DNA of 63,951 nucleotides, the filler included, from Octopus bimaculoides (Eukaryota), in assembly GCF_001194135.2 (NCBI RefSeq). It is 6 parts of 5 records of this genome, joined end to end, with 100 filler letters (N's around TTAATTAATTAA, not from the genome) between each part and the next. Parts side by side here need not be neighbours in the genome. Positions count along the whole stretch, not along the records: positions 1 to 18,704 come from NC_068992.1; positions 18,805 to 26,447 come from NC_068989.1; 4 more parts are not named here. One strand, 5' to 3'. The notes beneath the pieces are model-generated. The model saw nothing but the letters and a program-made list of their open reading frames with translations, ran no database searches and was not told where the DNA came from. This document shows positions 12,015 through 24,508 of the stretch, one piece after another (within the stretch, counting starts at the first letter, position 1; each line of letters opens with the position of its first letter). Position numbers and translations under genes: made by a program.

Positions 12015-12228
12015 GAGGCGGCGAGCTGGCAGAAACGTTAGCACACCGGGCAAAATGCTTAGCGGTATTTCGTTTGCCGCTACGTTCAGAGTTCAAACTC
12101 CGCCGAGGTCGACATTGTCTTCCATTCTTTCGATAAATTAAATTTCCAGCGAACACTGGGTCAGTGTAAAAGACTAGACCCCCCTCCCCCAAATTTCAGG
12201 CCTTCTGCCAATACTAGAAAGAATTATT
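12015..12228 (+). mobile_element. tRNA-derived SINE family B, near full length
   Basis: gaggcggcgagctggcagaaacgttagc head, B box gagttcaaactcc, central gaggtcgac..tcgataaattaa block, aaatttcaggcct tail. Confidence 0.8.
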
Positions 12229-14122
12229 CTATGAACCTGGTATTCACCTTTACTGATTCCTTCAATGTGAGATCGGAGTCTTTGATATACCTGCACTACA
12301 TTTCCATTATTCATTTCGGACATCACCTGAAAAATGGCAATCTTCAATGAAACTATAGTATTGCGAGAATGTTGATAATTCTTCCTTCCAACAACGACTA
12401 AAACCTAATAGTATTTTGTATACAAATCTGCTTTGTTTGAGAGAATTAGTTTGCAGTTAAATAATTGTAACTATTGATATCTATTAATGAATTACACGGG
12501 CTTTGAGACAAGTTGCTGAATCTTGTTCAAACGCGCATTCCATTACTGCGTATTAAGGTTCAACAAAAACCTCCAGCTCCACATCGTACCCACCACCATT
12601 AATTAAAGCAGCTTGTGGGAAATGTGAGGTAGCATGGCATGCCAATTATCAGTCACCACATCTAAAAGCATCATAGTTGTTGGAAGTCAAGTTGGCATCA
12701 GTTAGGGGACATCAGCATTATCTGCATTCAAATATCGGTCACAACTCGTGCTAGACATTTGCTCTTATTTGAATTTTTTTTCTCACCAGACAAAAACCAT
12801 AGAATGCCACCATATGGAGATATTTAAATTTGTTAGATAACTGTTTAGAACAATTGAGTTCTTCAATATGAATTTCTGCATTTTTGTGCTTCAATAATAA
12901 CAAACGTTCACTGGCACCATTTGCTTAGATAAATTCGACAGCTACTTATAGAGTTAAACACTGATTGAAAATCAATGATGTTGCAGTTAGCTGGAATGTT
13001 GAATGAATATTCGTTTTTCTCTTTTAGCGACGAAAGCAGTATTAGTTGAAAATAGAAATTTGTATATCATATGTATAGCATATATATTGTTGAAAGTCTG
13101 ATATTGCGATATTCGTCTCGAGAACACATATCTGTTAGATTCATAGGTTAAAAGAACAGAAATGTAATGCCAACACCACTATTGGACAATTCCACCACGT
13201 ATGCTTCAGATCATATATATATATATATTACCACTTTGATAACTAGGCTCTTTACGTGACCGAAACTGACCAATGGGCGCCTAAATATCTAAAATCCATT
13301 AAAAGTTGTTTTTTTTTAACATCTCTCCGAACTCTTAAAACATCTGACGGTTTGGGTGTGTCCTATAGCCTCCAAACTTAGAGATAAACTGGTATCGTGT
13401 GAGTGTGTAACTGTGTGTGTGTGTCTATGTGTATGTGTGTTTGTGTGTGTATATCTGTGTGTGTGAGCGTAGGCGTGTCTACGCTTAAACAAATACCTTT
13501 TTAAAATTTTCTGTAACTTCTTCCGACTTTGATAAATGATGCTGAAATAATACAAGTAGAATTAATTTGAGTGAACGCTTGAGTGTCGTAACTTTATGAT
13601 TGTCGGAGAGTAACCTTTACTTTTATTGGAAATAGCCTGATATGTACGCATGACTGAATCGACAATATCTCTCTTCAGTGAAGTGTGCATGGAATAAAGA
13701 GCGAAACACACAGACAAGTAGAAACGCACGTATCCTTATATTTACAAGTGCATTAAAGCACTCTGAACATATACATACATACATATATATANNNNNNNNN
13801 NNNNNNNNNNNNNNNNNNNNNNNNNNNNNNNNNNNNNNNNNNNNNNNNNNNNNNNNNNNNNNNNNNNNNNNNNNNNNNNNNNNNNNNNNNNNNNNNNNNN
13901 NNNNNNNNNNNNNNNNNNNNNNNNNNNNNNNNNNNNNNNNNNNNNNNNNNNNNNNNNNNNNNNNNNNNNNNNNNNNNNNNNNNNNNNNNNNNNNNNNNNN
14001 NNNNNNNNNNNNNNNNNNNNNNNNNNNNNNNNNNNNNNNNNNNNNNNNNNNNNNNNNNNNNNNNNNNNNNNNNNNNNNNNNNNNNNNNNNNNNNNNNNNN
14101 NNNNNNNNNNNNNNNNNNNNNN

Positions 14123-14157
<35 letters not shown>

Positions 14158-15234
14158 CATAAATGTATGTCTATCTATCTATCTATTTGTCTATATATAT
14201 ATATATATATATGAGTGGGTCACGTTTTCTATAAATGGTTTGGCGTATATGTGTATTCAATTACACACATGCATGAACTTTAGTGCTTAACCTCCATTAT
14301 AGATTCTCAGCTACACACGCACTCAAAAAATAGAGAAACACACGCTCACACGCGCCTGCGATTGGGCATCAATACATTGCGACAAAGAACAGTATTTAGT
14401 GCAATGCAATTAAAGCGGAATTAATCAGAGCCAGCATTTCTGTATCGACTTTATTTGATGTATTCTTTATGCAAACTCACGTTTGGATTTATGTATACAG
14501 ATACGTACGTATATGCAGGCATAGAAACATTTGGATATATTCATACAAGCTTATATATATATATATCTATATATATATATATATATATNNNNNNNNNNNN
14601 NNNNNNNNNNNNNNNNNNNNNNNNNNNNNNNNNNNNNNNNNNNNNNNNNNNNNNNNNNNNNNNNNNNNNNNNNNNNNNNNNNNNNNNNNNNNNNNNNNNN
14701 NNNNNNNNNNNNNNNNNNNNNNNNNNNNNNNNNNNNNNNNNNNNNNNNNNNNNNNNNNNNNNNNNNNNNNNNNNNNNNNNNNNNNNNNNNNNNNNNNNNN
14801 NNNNNNNNNNNNNNNNNNNNNNNNNNNNNNNNNNNNNNNNNNNNNNNNNNNNNNNNNNNNNNNNNNNNNNNNNNNNNNNNNNNNNNNNNNNNNNNNNNNN
14901 NNNNNNNNNNNNNNNNNNNNNNNNNNNNNNNNNNNNNNNNNNNNNNNNNNNNNNNNNNNNNNNNNNNNNNNNNNNNNNNNNNNNNNNNNNNNNNNNNNNN
15001 NNNNNNNNNNNNNNNNNNNNNNNNNNNNNNNNNNNNNNNNNNNNNNNNNNNNNNNNNNNNNNNNNNNNNNNNNNNNNNNNNNNNNNNNNNNNNNNNNNNN
15101 NNNNNNNNNNNNNNNNNNNNNNNNNNNNNNNNNNNNNNNNNNNNNNNNNNNNNNNNNNNNNNNNNNNNNNNNNNNNNNNNNNNNNNNNNNNNNNNNNNNN
15201 NNNNNNNNNNNNNNNNNNNNNNNNNNNNNNNNNN

Positions 15235-15285
<51 letters not shown>

Positions 15286-15309
15286 CATAAATATATATAC
15301 ACTCTTATA

Positions 15310-15794
15310 TACAAAATGGTACGCCCACTGTTATACCATGTGTCCAGGTCGGAACAAGACGAGTTTTCATTTGTGTCAAATTCTTTCAATATATCAGAAA
15401 CTGCCACTCTTTCTTCCTTCAAATTGATTGCCATCTGCTGTGTTACTCACGCTTTCCAGATTCAAGTCATTCTATTATCATCTGAAGTACATTGTGATCC
15501 TTGTCCAGCGTTGCAGCAAGCTCACTAATGATGGAGCCACTGTTTATGTGAATCCATTTGTCCACTCTCTGCTGATTCTCATACGTGGTCACGCTTCATT
15601 GTCTTACATGGCGTTTTTCATTCTCAGTGCTTGCCTGCCTTTCCCTAATTTTCTTCATACACCTGTCCACATTGACCTTATTAATGATGTCATATCTGCA
15701 AAGATTAATGCTGTAGTCTTCTGCTAAATTAGGACAGACTGTGTCCTTCCTTCAGGACTTAAATAATAGCATGTTGCTTTAGCGTGGAATCCAT
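15310..15794 (-). mobile_element. Decayed mariner transposase N-terminal fragment
   Basis: MDSTLKQHAII*VLKEGH, NVDRCMKKIRERQASTENEKR, SVTTYENQQRVDKWIH..ISELAATL, KEERVAVS..DTWY, with stops and frameshifts. Confidence 0.7.
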
Positions 15795-16222
15795 TATTCG
15801 ATTGCAGTAAAGAAAAACAGGAAACTGAGTTAATATAGAGATTTAATCTATCAACGTGTGTAAATGTGTATATTCAACGTACAATCTCAGTTAATCCAAA
15901 ATTTATGCACACACTTTTGCACTATATTCAGTAGAATCCTCGTGTGCGCATGTGTGTGTGTCTGTATGTACGTATGTGTATACAAATATAGATGCATAAA
16001 TATAGTGATAATCGATTTAATAAAGACATATATTTTGGTACTTTGCGAATATGTGCCTGACCTTTGACGTAATTCGCTTGACCACAGACCAGTCTTGTGG
16101 TTGTAAATTATTTTCAGGCTGATGTTCAAAATTACCATCTTATATAACCTCCGTGTAAATTCTGCTCAATTTGAAATGTGTAATCTTAAGCCGTGTATTG
16201 TGATTGTCTACTCGCGCGTGCT

Positions 16223-16271
<49 letters not shown>

Positions 16272-17976
16272 TGTGTCTGTGTGTGTGCATGTGTGTGTCT
16301 GTGTGACAGGAGAACTCGTATATTCAATGTGAAAATTTAATCTTTAAACCCAGGAACCTCAACGACAAATGTGTGATAGCATTTAGACAGTGTGGAATAT
16401 TAGGAAACAAGACCTATTTACTAAGTCAGCTCTTTGACAAAATGGAATTAATGCATTAACTTTGACAACAAATGGGTTTTCTGGTGTAGGAAAATTGAAA
16501 AGATTTTGTGACGTAATTTTCTGAGCATGTTCCTGGTTACGAGTCAATATGTTTTTATGGTTACTGAATACAGCACGAACAAAGAATCAGTTTAAACAAA
16601 TACGTGGAGCATTTTCTGCATAAACAGCTTGTAACAGAGAAGGCTATCTCAGAAAATATTTTGCACAAATAACTGTGATTCTTTATATTTGGTGAAAATG
16701 TGGGTAGTATTTTTAATACTTATTTGATTGTCGATGTTCTTAATAGCCACGTCCTTTCTCTGGTTGAAATTTTGCTGGTTGAAATTCCATTCTTGAAACC
16801 TTTGTTAGGAAGTTCAAAGGAAGCGAAGCAAAGGAGAAAGGCTGCAGGAAAATTATCCGGCAGGTGGATCATAAAATGAATATAATTTTCTTTTCATCGA
16901 ATTCCCTTTAAAACACACTCTTTGACAGATCAAAGATAAAATGCTATTTGCACATAGTTAATGCAATACCTAATTCTGTACATATCGAATCTATACCATT
17001 TATCATACGCTAACTTCGAACTGTAGATTCTGAGTTGAAGATTCAAAAGCGATTTTAAGACCCTTGAAAGAAAAGACTCTGAGATTGCAAATGTTACAAA
17101 AGAAACAAGGAGAAAAAAAAAGATCTATCTTATAAGATTGCTTGGCTGAAAGATATCCCAATGGTGCAAATGTGGAATCCAAAGTAGATATGATTATCAT
17201 GTAGGCAGGAGATAATACATTTTTAATGAACATTTTCTATTTTCTTCTTGTGTTAATGCTATGTATAAAATTTGAGGCATGGATACAGTGGAGAGTTAAT
17301 CTGAAGCAGCTACCTTCTCCGATACTTTATGAAAGTGCCTAGAATCTAATTCTCTATAAGATATTAAGAATACTAAATCTTATAGCACAAACAGACTGGT
17401 CTGTCAGTCAATCCATCTTGTACTAACTTCGTGCGACTAAGCCAGAAACCATTCTCTGAAATCATTTCCATCAAATCTCAACAGATTCTAATTTATCTTT
17501 CAAGATGTCCTTAGGCTAAATACCAGACATAAAGTATCTAAAGCTCCTACATGGTCACAAACAATATTATACAGCATTTCTTTAAATGTAGCTACATTAT
17601 TTTCATCAACACTTGGTGCCTCACCGCTTAACTTACATTGCCTTGATACAAAAGATTGCTACGTTGATCATTACACTATTTCATACAGCTCCTTTACATT
17701 AACCTATACAGTTAATAGCCGAATGTTTTATTTATTTATTTTTAATTTAGTTCCCACCCACCCACACGACTGAAGATTTTTCCATTTACTCAATTATCCT
17801 AAATATATTTTTCGCTGTAACTATAATGGCAGCAGATTCTAAAACTGCATTAGTGATGCAGTGTTTCGGATAGAGGCGATCACCAGCTGACACAAATTAA
17901 AAGCACGCGTAAACATTGAAACAGATTTCATTCATTAACGCAGCGCTGTTTTCTTCCATTTTATTTCCAATTTGAG

Positions 17977-17977
<1 letters not shown>

Positions 17978-18075
<98 letters not shown>

Positions 18076-18076
18076 T
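17978..18076. repeat. (ATT)n microsatellite
   Basis: Direct reading. Confidence 0.95.
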
Positions 18077-18667
18077 TCAGAACCAGCAGGAGACTCACTA
18101 CTTTTATTGGAAATCACTCCCAATAAGGCATCAAGCCATCTGCGACCTAGCAAGCCTCGAGCAAACATTTATATTTTTTAGGAGTTACAACAGAAATGGA
18201 AAACAAAATTTTCTGCGAAGAATGGCCTGAAAACCATAAATCAATCAACATAAGATTTAAAATAATTAAGATTATATCTATAAAGGAACCAACAAGAATG
18301 AATGCCCCATCAGGCAGTTATTTAAAGAAATAAACTCTAAAGAGTTGAAACTTCACTTACAGAATGAGACAAGAAAGAATTAGTAAAAAGAGGATTAACC
18401 TTAAGAGAGAACATGTTTGAGGACTAATACTTCGGGTTAATGCACACCAGGCACACACCTACACATATACATTCATTTGCACACACTCACTTACACACGC
18501 ACATTTGCGCGCATAGAGAATTTCTGAGACATAAAACTGAAGCGAATGACAAGATATGAGGCAAATTGAATAAGAAAACATAAAAGGCTGAGGACAACTC
18601 TTACCCGCATGACAAAGAAATGTATTGAAACATCGGAACTCAAAATGCTCGGAGGTTGGAGAGTAGC

Positions 18668-18704
<37 letters not shown>

Positions 18705-18804
18705 NNNNNNNNNNNNNNNNNNNNNNNNNNNNNNNNNNNNNNNNNNNNTTAATTAATTAANNNNNNNNNNNNNNNNNNNNNNNNNNNNNNNNNNNNNNNN
18801 NNNN

Positions 18805-18857
<53 letters not shown>

Positions 18858-19669
18858 TTGTGTGTATATGCATGAATATAAACATGCATACATATACACA
18901 GACGCCCACACATATATTCACGTGCACGCACACATATCTTTATATATATATATTCATATATAAATGCGCGCGCACGCACACATACACACATATATATATG
19001 ATGTTTACGTCATTGGAAATTAAAACTCCGAGAGAACGTAAAATAATTCTTCTGAGTCCGTAGAACTTGGATTGGAGAAAGTCATAAAGAACTGCGAGTA
19101 AATTTTGGGGCGAAAAATCTTTTGACATAAAAAAGCGGAAGGTTGCAAGTGGGAAGTGAACCCATATTTTCTGTTATAGTGAAATATTTTCTACCACGAG
19201 CAGTTTTCGACTTTTTGTATGTCAATCGCTTTTATACTATAATATTCACAGGTTCGTCTGCATGTCTTTATCTACAAGTTCTCTAGTTACAAAAGAATTA
19301 TATCATATATATATATATATCTATATATGTGTGTGCGTGTGTGTGTGTCTAATATATATATATATGTTCGTATATTTACTTTTGTTTCTGTGTGTGTGGC
19401 GTGTCTTTGTGCATTAGTGTATCTGTGTGTCCAGTGTATGCATGTATTCATGTATTCAGGAAGAAAGACTTAATAATGATAGAATCCATAGTTGTGGTTC
19501 AGGAATTGAAGGAATCAGTTCTCAATGACTTCCTCTGCATGACTATAGTCGCCATACTGAGCTCAAGAACTGCTTAAACAGCTATGAGTATGAGGGCACG
19601 TATTTGGACAAATAACAAATTCAAAACATTTGCAAACCAATAATTTTACAAAATAATGAGCTTTACACA

Positions 19670-19707
<38 letters not shown>

Positions 19708-20061
19708 NNNNNNNNNNNNNNNNNNNNNNNNNNNNNNNNNNNNNNNNNNNNNNNNNNNNNNNNNNNNNNNNNNNNNNNNNNNNNNNNNNNNNNNNNNNNN
19801 NNNNNNNNNNNNNNNNNNNNNNNNNNNNNNNNNNNNNNNNNNNNNNNNNNNNNNNNNNNNNNNNNNNNNNNNNNNNNNNNNNNNNNNNNNNNNNNNNNNN
19901 NNNNNNNNNNNNNNNNNNNNNNNNNNNNNNNNNNNNNNNNNNNNNNNNNNNNNNNNNNNNNNNNNNNNNNNNNNNNNNNNNNNNNNNNNNNNNNNNNNNN
20001 NNNNNNNNNNNNNNNNNNNNNNNNNNNNNNNNNNNNNNNNNNNNNNNNNNNNNNNNNNNNN

Positions 20062-20099
<38 letters not shown>

Positions 20100-21235
20100 C
20101 TGTCTCTGTGTGTGTCTGTCTACGTGTCTGTTTCTGTGTGAGTGTGGGTCTGTGTATTTGTGAGAAAATACGTAAAAGGAGAAATGAAAACAAAATGTAC
20201 AGAAGCAAATTTTATGATAGTGGAATATAGAATATAGTCGACCCGGCGAATCTTGAAATATCAGCCAGAACAATATTTCATTTAATATTCTCATTGCCCT
20301 CCCTATTGATTCTCCATTTCGCGAATTATTTTATTCTTATTCCAACGCTTCCTCCAAAAAAGTGAACTTTCATAAACTCTCTCTCTTACACACATACACA
20401 CACACATATACATGCATAGATATATATGTGTGCGTTTCTATATATACGTGTATACATTTAACTCACAGACGTACACATACACATATACACACACGCGAGT
20501 ACGCACACACACACATACACAAGTATATAAATGTGTGTGTGTATGTATACTCAAAGCCAATTGACACAATCTGGAATTTAATAAATGACGGTTAGCATGA
20601 ATAATGAAAATAAACTTTTCTCTTGTTATAAAAGGAGTAATGAGGTTTTCATCAGTAGCAAATTTTTTAGACGGAAGACAAACATCACTTACAAAGTGAG
20701 ACGATATTAACGTATCTTTGAAAATGTCTAAAGATCGAGTGGGGTGTATTTTTGTTAATAAATTTATAATTTTCCGGACTACTCAACTCATATTCGTAGT
20801 GTATATTTACAATGTGCGTCAGTGTCCAACTAAATAGAAAATGTTTTTTATCTGTAATTTAGGAAAAAAAAAAATTCCTAGGTATAAATAGACAACTCCA
20901 ACATAATTTGAATTGAAGTGAGGGAGATTAACATATCATAATTATAAACATACACGATGAGGGTAACAGACCAGAAAATTATATATTTATTTCAAAATAT
21001 CTGTTTAAATTTCCATTTTCATCAGGAATCTGTCTGCGTGAACATCCGTTTCCGCTACAGCAATGTGAATATATGTATATGAAAGTATGTATGTAAGAAT
21101 GTGTGTATGTATGCAAGTATATACATATATATATANNNNNNNNNNNNNNNNNNNNNNNNNNNNNNNNNNNNNNNNNNNNNNNNNNNNNNNNNNNNNNNNN
21201 NNNNNNNNNNNNNNNNNNNNNNNNNNNNNNNNNNN

Positions 21236-21266
<31 letters not shown>

Positions 21267-22116
21267 ATTTATGATTATATATATAGATATTTCCCGTTGT
21301 GGCGATTAAATAATACAACAGCAGGAACAAGAAAGAAAATAAAGTTTTGGAAAAATGAAAACCTGGATAATGGCTGAAATTCAGACAAATGTTTCGGTAC
21401 GGAATGACAAATTCTTCAAACGAGAATAGTTTACCAATGAACACTTTGTAAATTAACACAGATGAAAGTCATTTGGTACATACATGTTACAAATACAGCA
21501 ATTTCTTTTTTCTGAATGAAAATTATAATTATATTAGTCTTTCATTTTTTTGGGGGGTTTTTGTTACCTTCAACTAGGAATACAATAACTGAATATATAA
21601 TGAAAGGCGATCGATATACATACATACGTACATACATACATACATACATATATATTTATATATATATATGTATANNNNNNNNNNNNNNNNNNNNNNNNNN
21701 NNNNNNNNNNNNNNNNNNNNNNNNNNNNNNNNNNNNNNNNNNNNNNNNNNNNNNNNNNNNNNNNNNNNNNNNNNNNNNNNNNNNNNNNNNNNNNNNNNNN
21801 NNNNNNNNNNNNNNNNNNNNNNNNNNNNNNNNNNNNNNNNNNNNNNNNNNNNNNNNNNNNNNNNNNNNNNNNNNNNNNNNNNNNNNNNNNNNNNNNNNNN
21901 NNNNNNNNNNNNNNNNNNNNNNNNNNNNNNNNNNNNNNNNNNNNNNNNNNNNNNNNNNNNNNNNNNNNNNNNNNNNNNNNNNNNNNNNNNNNNNNNNNNN
22001 NNNNNNNNNNNNNNNNNNNNNNNNNNNNNNNNNNNNNNNNNNNNNNNNNNNNNNNNNNNNNNNNNNNNNNNNNNNNNNNNNNNNNNNNNNNNNNNNNNNN
22101 NNNNNNNNNNNNNNNN

Positions 22117-22159
<43 letters not shown>

Positions 22160-22911
22160 ACTATACATTTTTGAATGTATATTTAGAGCGTTTTTCTCCT
22201 ACGTAATTTGAATGTTATCTGGGGGGCCGTATTGCCCTTCCAATTGGAGCGCGACTTTTATTGTAGTCTTGACATGGTAAACTAACAATGCTACCACGCA
22301 ATGATTCGCACATAAGTGCGTATAATGATGTCTTCTTTACAATTGTCTTTGTTTGTATGTAAATACGCTTGTTTGCATGTAAATACGTGCGAATAATAGT
22401 TCATATCTTTACATGTGTGCAGCTTTTTCGGTATACAGATGTATTTATATTTGTATAAATTTATTTATATATGTACGTTTTGATCGTTCTTTTCGATAAT
22501 TTGGATTCTTGTATCATAATTGTTAACTAATATATCGCCTGCATTTATTTCATATCAACAATATTAGGCCGTATATGTACATTGTTTAAAACTTATAGAC
22601 AATATTTATTGGTAATTTGACGTGGTTTCATAAGTTACGTGTGATCAATGGAAAATGGGATCATGCTCATTCGAAATTCAACTTTCAAAAGTGGAGTTAA
22701 ATCAATCGACTTGTGAGACCTGCATGAATCTAAATAGATAATTTTATCAAATGAGTGTTTTTGGAAGATTTTAATTTGATTTTCAAAGTATATTTAACAG
22801 TTTTCAATCCCCTCCTGTTTTCTCGCCGTATCATTGTTTATTTCTTTAAATTTTACATTTCGGCTTTAAGATTCCATGAGGATTTCGGTGAGAGATATTG
22901 TTCCTTTAAAA

Positions 22912-22917
22912 TTTATT
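22912..22917 (-). promoter_or_regulatory. Candidate AATAAA polyadenylation signal 1 nt after the stop codon
   Basis: Minus strand TGA-C-AATAAA. Further AATAAA hexamers occur downstream (e.g. 22605-22610) and the region is AT-rich, so chance occurrence is plausible. Confidence 0.25.
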
Positions 22918-22918
22918 G

Positions 22919-24051
22919 TCAGCAGAGTGATTCGTGATTTCTCTCTGATGAACTAAACCCATGGTAGTATGTACTTGACTCAATACCTTTAAGACTCTGT
23001 GTGCGATTCAATCGTCCAAACGAACTGTAATCACAAACCATGAGTTTGATAAATGTTGCTTTAAAAGTTCTATTGAAAATAGTATATATGATTGGATTCA
23101 GAGTACTGGATATATAACCTAACCATACAAAAGCCACAAAAAGGAACTGGTCTACGTGGCACCATTTACAAAGTACAGTCATAACATTAGTGGTGAAAAA
23201 AGGAGCCCAGCTAACAACAAAAATGGTGAACACAACAGCTAACACTTTAGTAGCCTTCCGTTCTGTTTGTACAGCATTCTCTTTCGAGAGGTCTTTTCTT
23301 AATAACATCCTGTTTGCAGCTTTAGAGGTTATGTTATGTTTTGCAATTAGATAGCGGAATTTTGAAGGTCTTGGACTCGCTGGAGAGGAATTAGCACTAA
23401 AGCCACTTGTATCTCCCTGATTTTGTACTTCTGATGGTCCTTTGTCTACTTTAGGCGCAGCTGTACTCACATTTTTAGCTAGAAGCTTGCGGTTTTCGTT
23501 GCTATCCATTGCCCACTTTCTTGTAGAAGGCACCGTTTTGGTCGTGTTACTCGTTGTATTGGATTTGGGCGTTTGGAAACGTTTATCTACAATTGGATTT
23601 CTATTTAGTCGCCTGCTTCCTTGAACTCTTCTAATCATAGGGCAGCCTTCATCTTTTTTCTGACTGCACAACCGTGCCTGTTCATTTAGTAACTGCATCG
23701 TCAGTACATTGGTTACAACCATAATGACAAGCGGAATAAAGAATGCTATGATAGAACCGTATATTATAAAATAGTCATTGTTAACTAGACATCGTCTTTC
23801 TATAATTAAATTATGTTCATCTACAATGCCGAGTACTGTAATTGGACTGCTCACAACTAACGACAGTGACCATACGATCAGTAGCTTTACCGCTACAGTA
23901 CCCTTTGATTTGTTTCTCGTCTTCAGTGGGTAACGTATTCCAATATATCGATCAACTGATATCGTACAAAGATGCATAATTGATGCCGTACACATCATCA
24001 CGTCAGAAGTCACGTAAAAATTGCACAATCCTAAACTGAGACTCCAGTACC
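22919..24051 (-). CDS. HTR2: Terminal coding exon of a 5-HT2-type serotonin receptor (class A GPCR), ECL1/TM3 through C-terminus; 5' exon(s) with TM1-TM2 not seen
   Basis: Uninterrupted 377-codon frame after a phase-1 acceptor (tttttttcag|GG TAC TGG), stop TGA at 22921-22919. Motifs: C3.25, D3.32 (SDVMMC), TASIMHLCxISxDRY typical of 5-HT2, W4.50, ECL2 Cys, G5.42-S5.43 and FFIP in TM5, E6.30 (ERKATKVL), WAPFF with N6.55, ECL3 CxxC, VWLGY, NPIIY, helix-8 Cys. ICL3 is about 140 aa. The MFFFFFS start of the ORF track is intronic. Confidence 0.92.
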
Positions 24052-24081
24052 CTGAAAAAAAGAAAAAGAACAAAATTAATC
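24052..24081 (-). promoter_or_regulatory. 3' splice site: AG acceptor, polypyrimidine tract and candidate branch point
   Basis: Minus strand reads gattaattttgttctttttctttttttcAG immediately before the in-frame GYW codons; the TTAAT branch-like motif is about 25 nt upstream of the AG. Confidence 0.85.
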
Positions 24082-24098
24082 GATGCAGAGCGTGTGGT

Positions 24099-24100
<2 letters not shown>

Positions 24101-24152
<52 letters not shown>
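24101..24152. repeat. Perfect (AT)26 microsatellite just upstream of the receptor branch point
   Basis: Direct reading. Confidence 0.95.
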
Positions 24153-24155
<3 letters not shown>

Positions 24156-24212
24156 TCAGTGGTCTAGCGTATAAAAATTTAGCCCAAAGACTAATGAATT
24201 ACTCATAAGATA

Positions 24213-24508
24213 CAGTGTATATTTACACACATAAGAGGAATCCACTCAATGAGATTCCTTACGATAGAAAGAACAGCTAGGTTAAGGTGTACCTGTTGCA
24301 GAAGACATCACCTAGCAAATTATCTTATTTTCTAAACTAGAGTCAGAAACCAATTGGTCCAGGAAAATAGATGGTAAAAGTTTGTATTTTTTCATCTTGT
24401 TCCTTTCAGAATTTTATCCATAATTTTGTGATTATAGAACCTAGCTGTTCTTTCTAGCGTAAGGAATCCCATTGAGTGAATTTCTCTTATGTGTTTAAAC
24501 ATGCACTG
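24213..24508. mobile_element. Tc1/mariner-type MITE (296 bp) with long TIRs and TA target-site duplication
   Basis: TA|CAGTG...CACTG|TA ends. Inverted arms 24209-24283 and 24438-24512 match at 68/75 nt; no coding capacity. Confidence 0.85.

Noticed and set aside
12240-13100. Coding-like decayed minus-strand segment
   Set aside because: Fragmented by stops and frameshifts; no recognisable family.
18588-18640. CTGAGGA...GAAACATC as a hammerhead
   Set aside because: Helices I and II do not pair and helix III is mismatched.
24052-24073. MFFFFFS as the receptor N-terminus
   Set aside because: This is the polypyrimidine tract read in frame from a non-ATG start; a GPCR cannot begin at ECL1.
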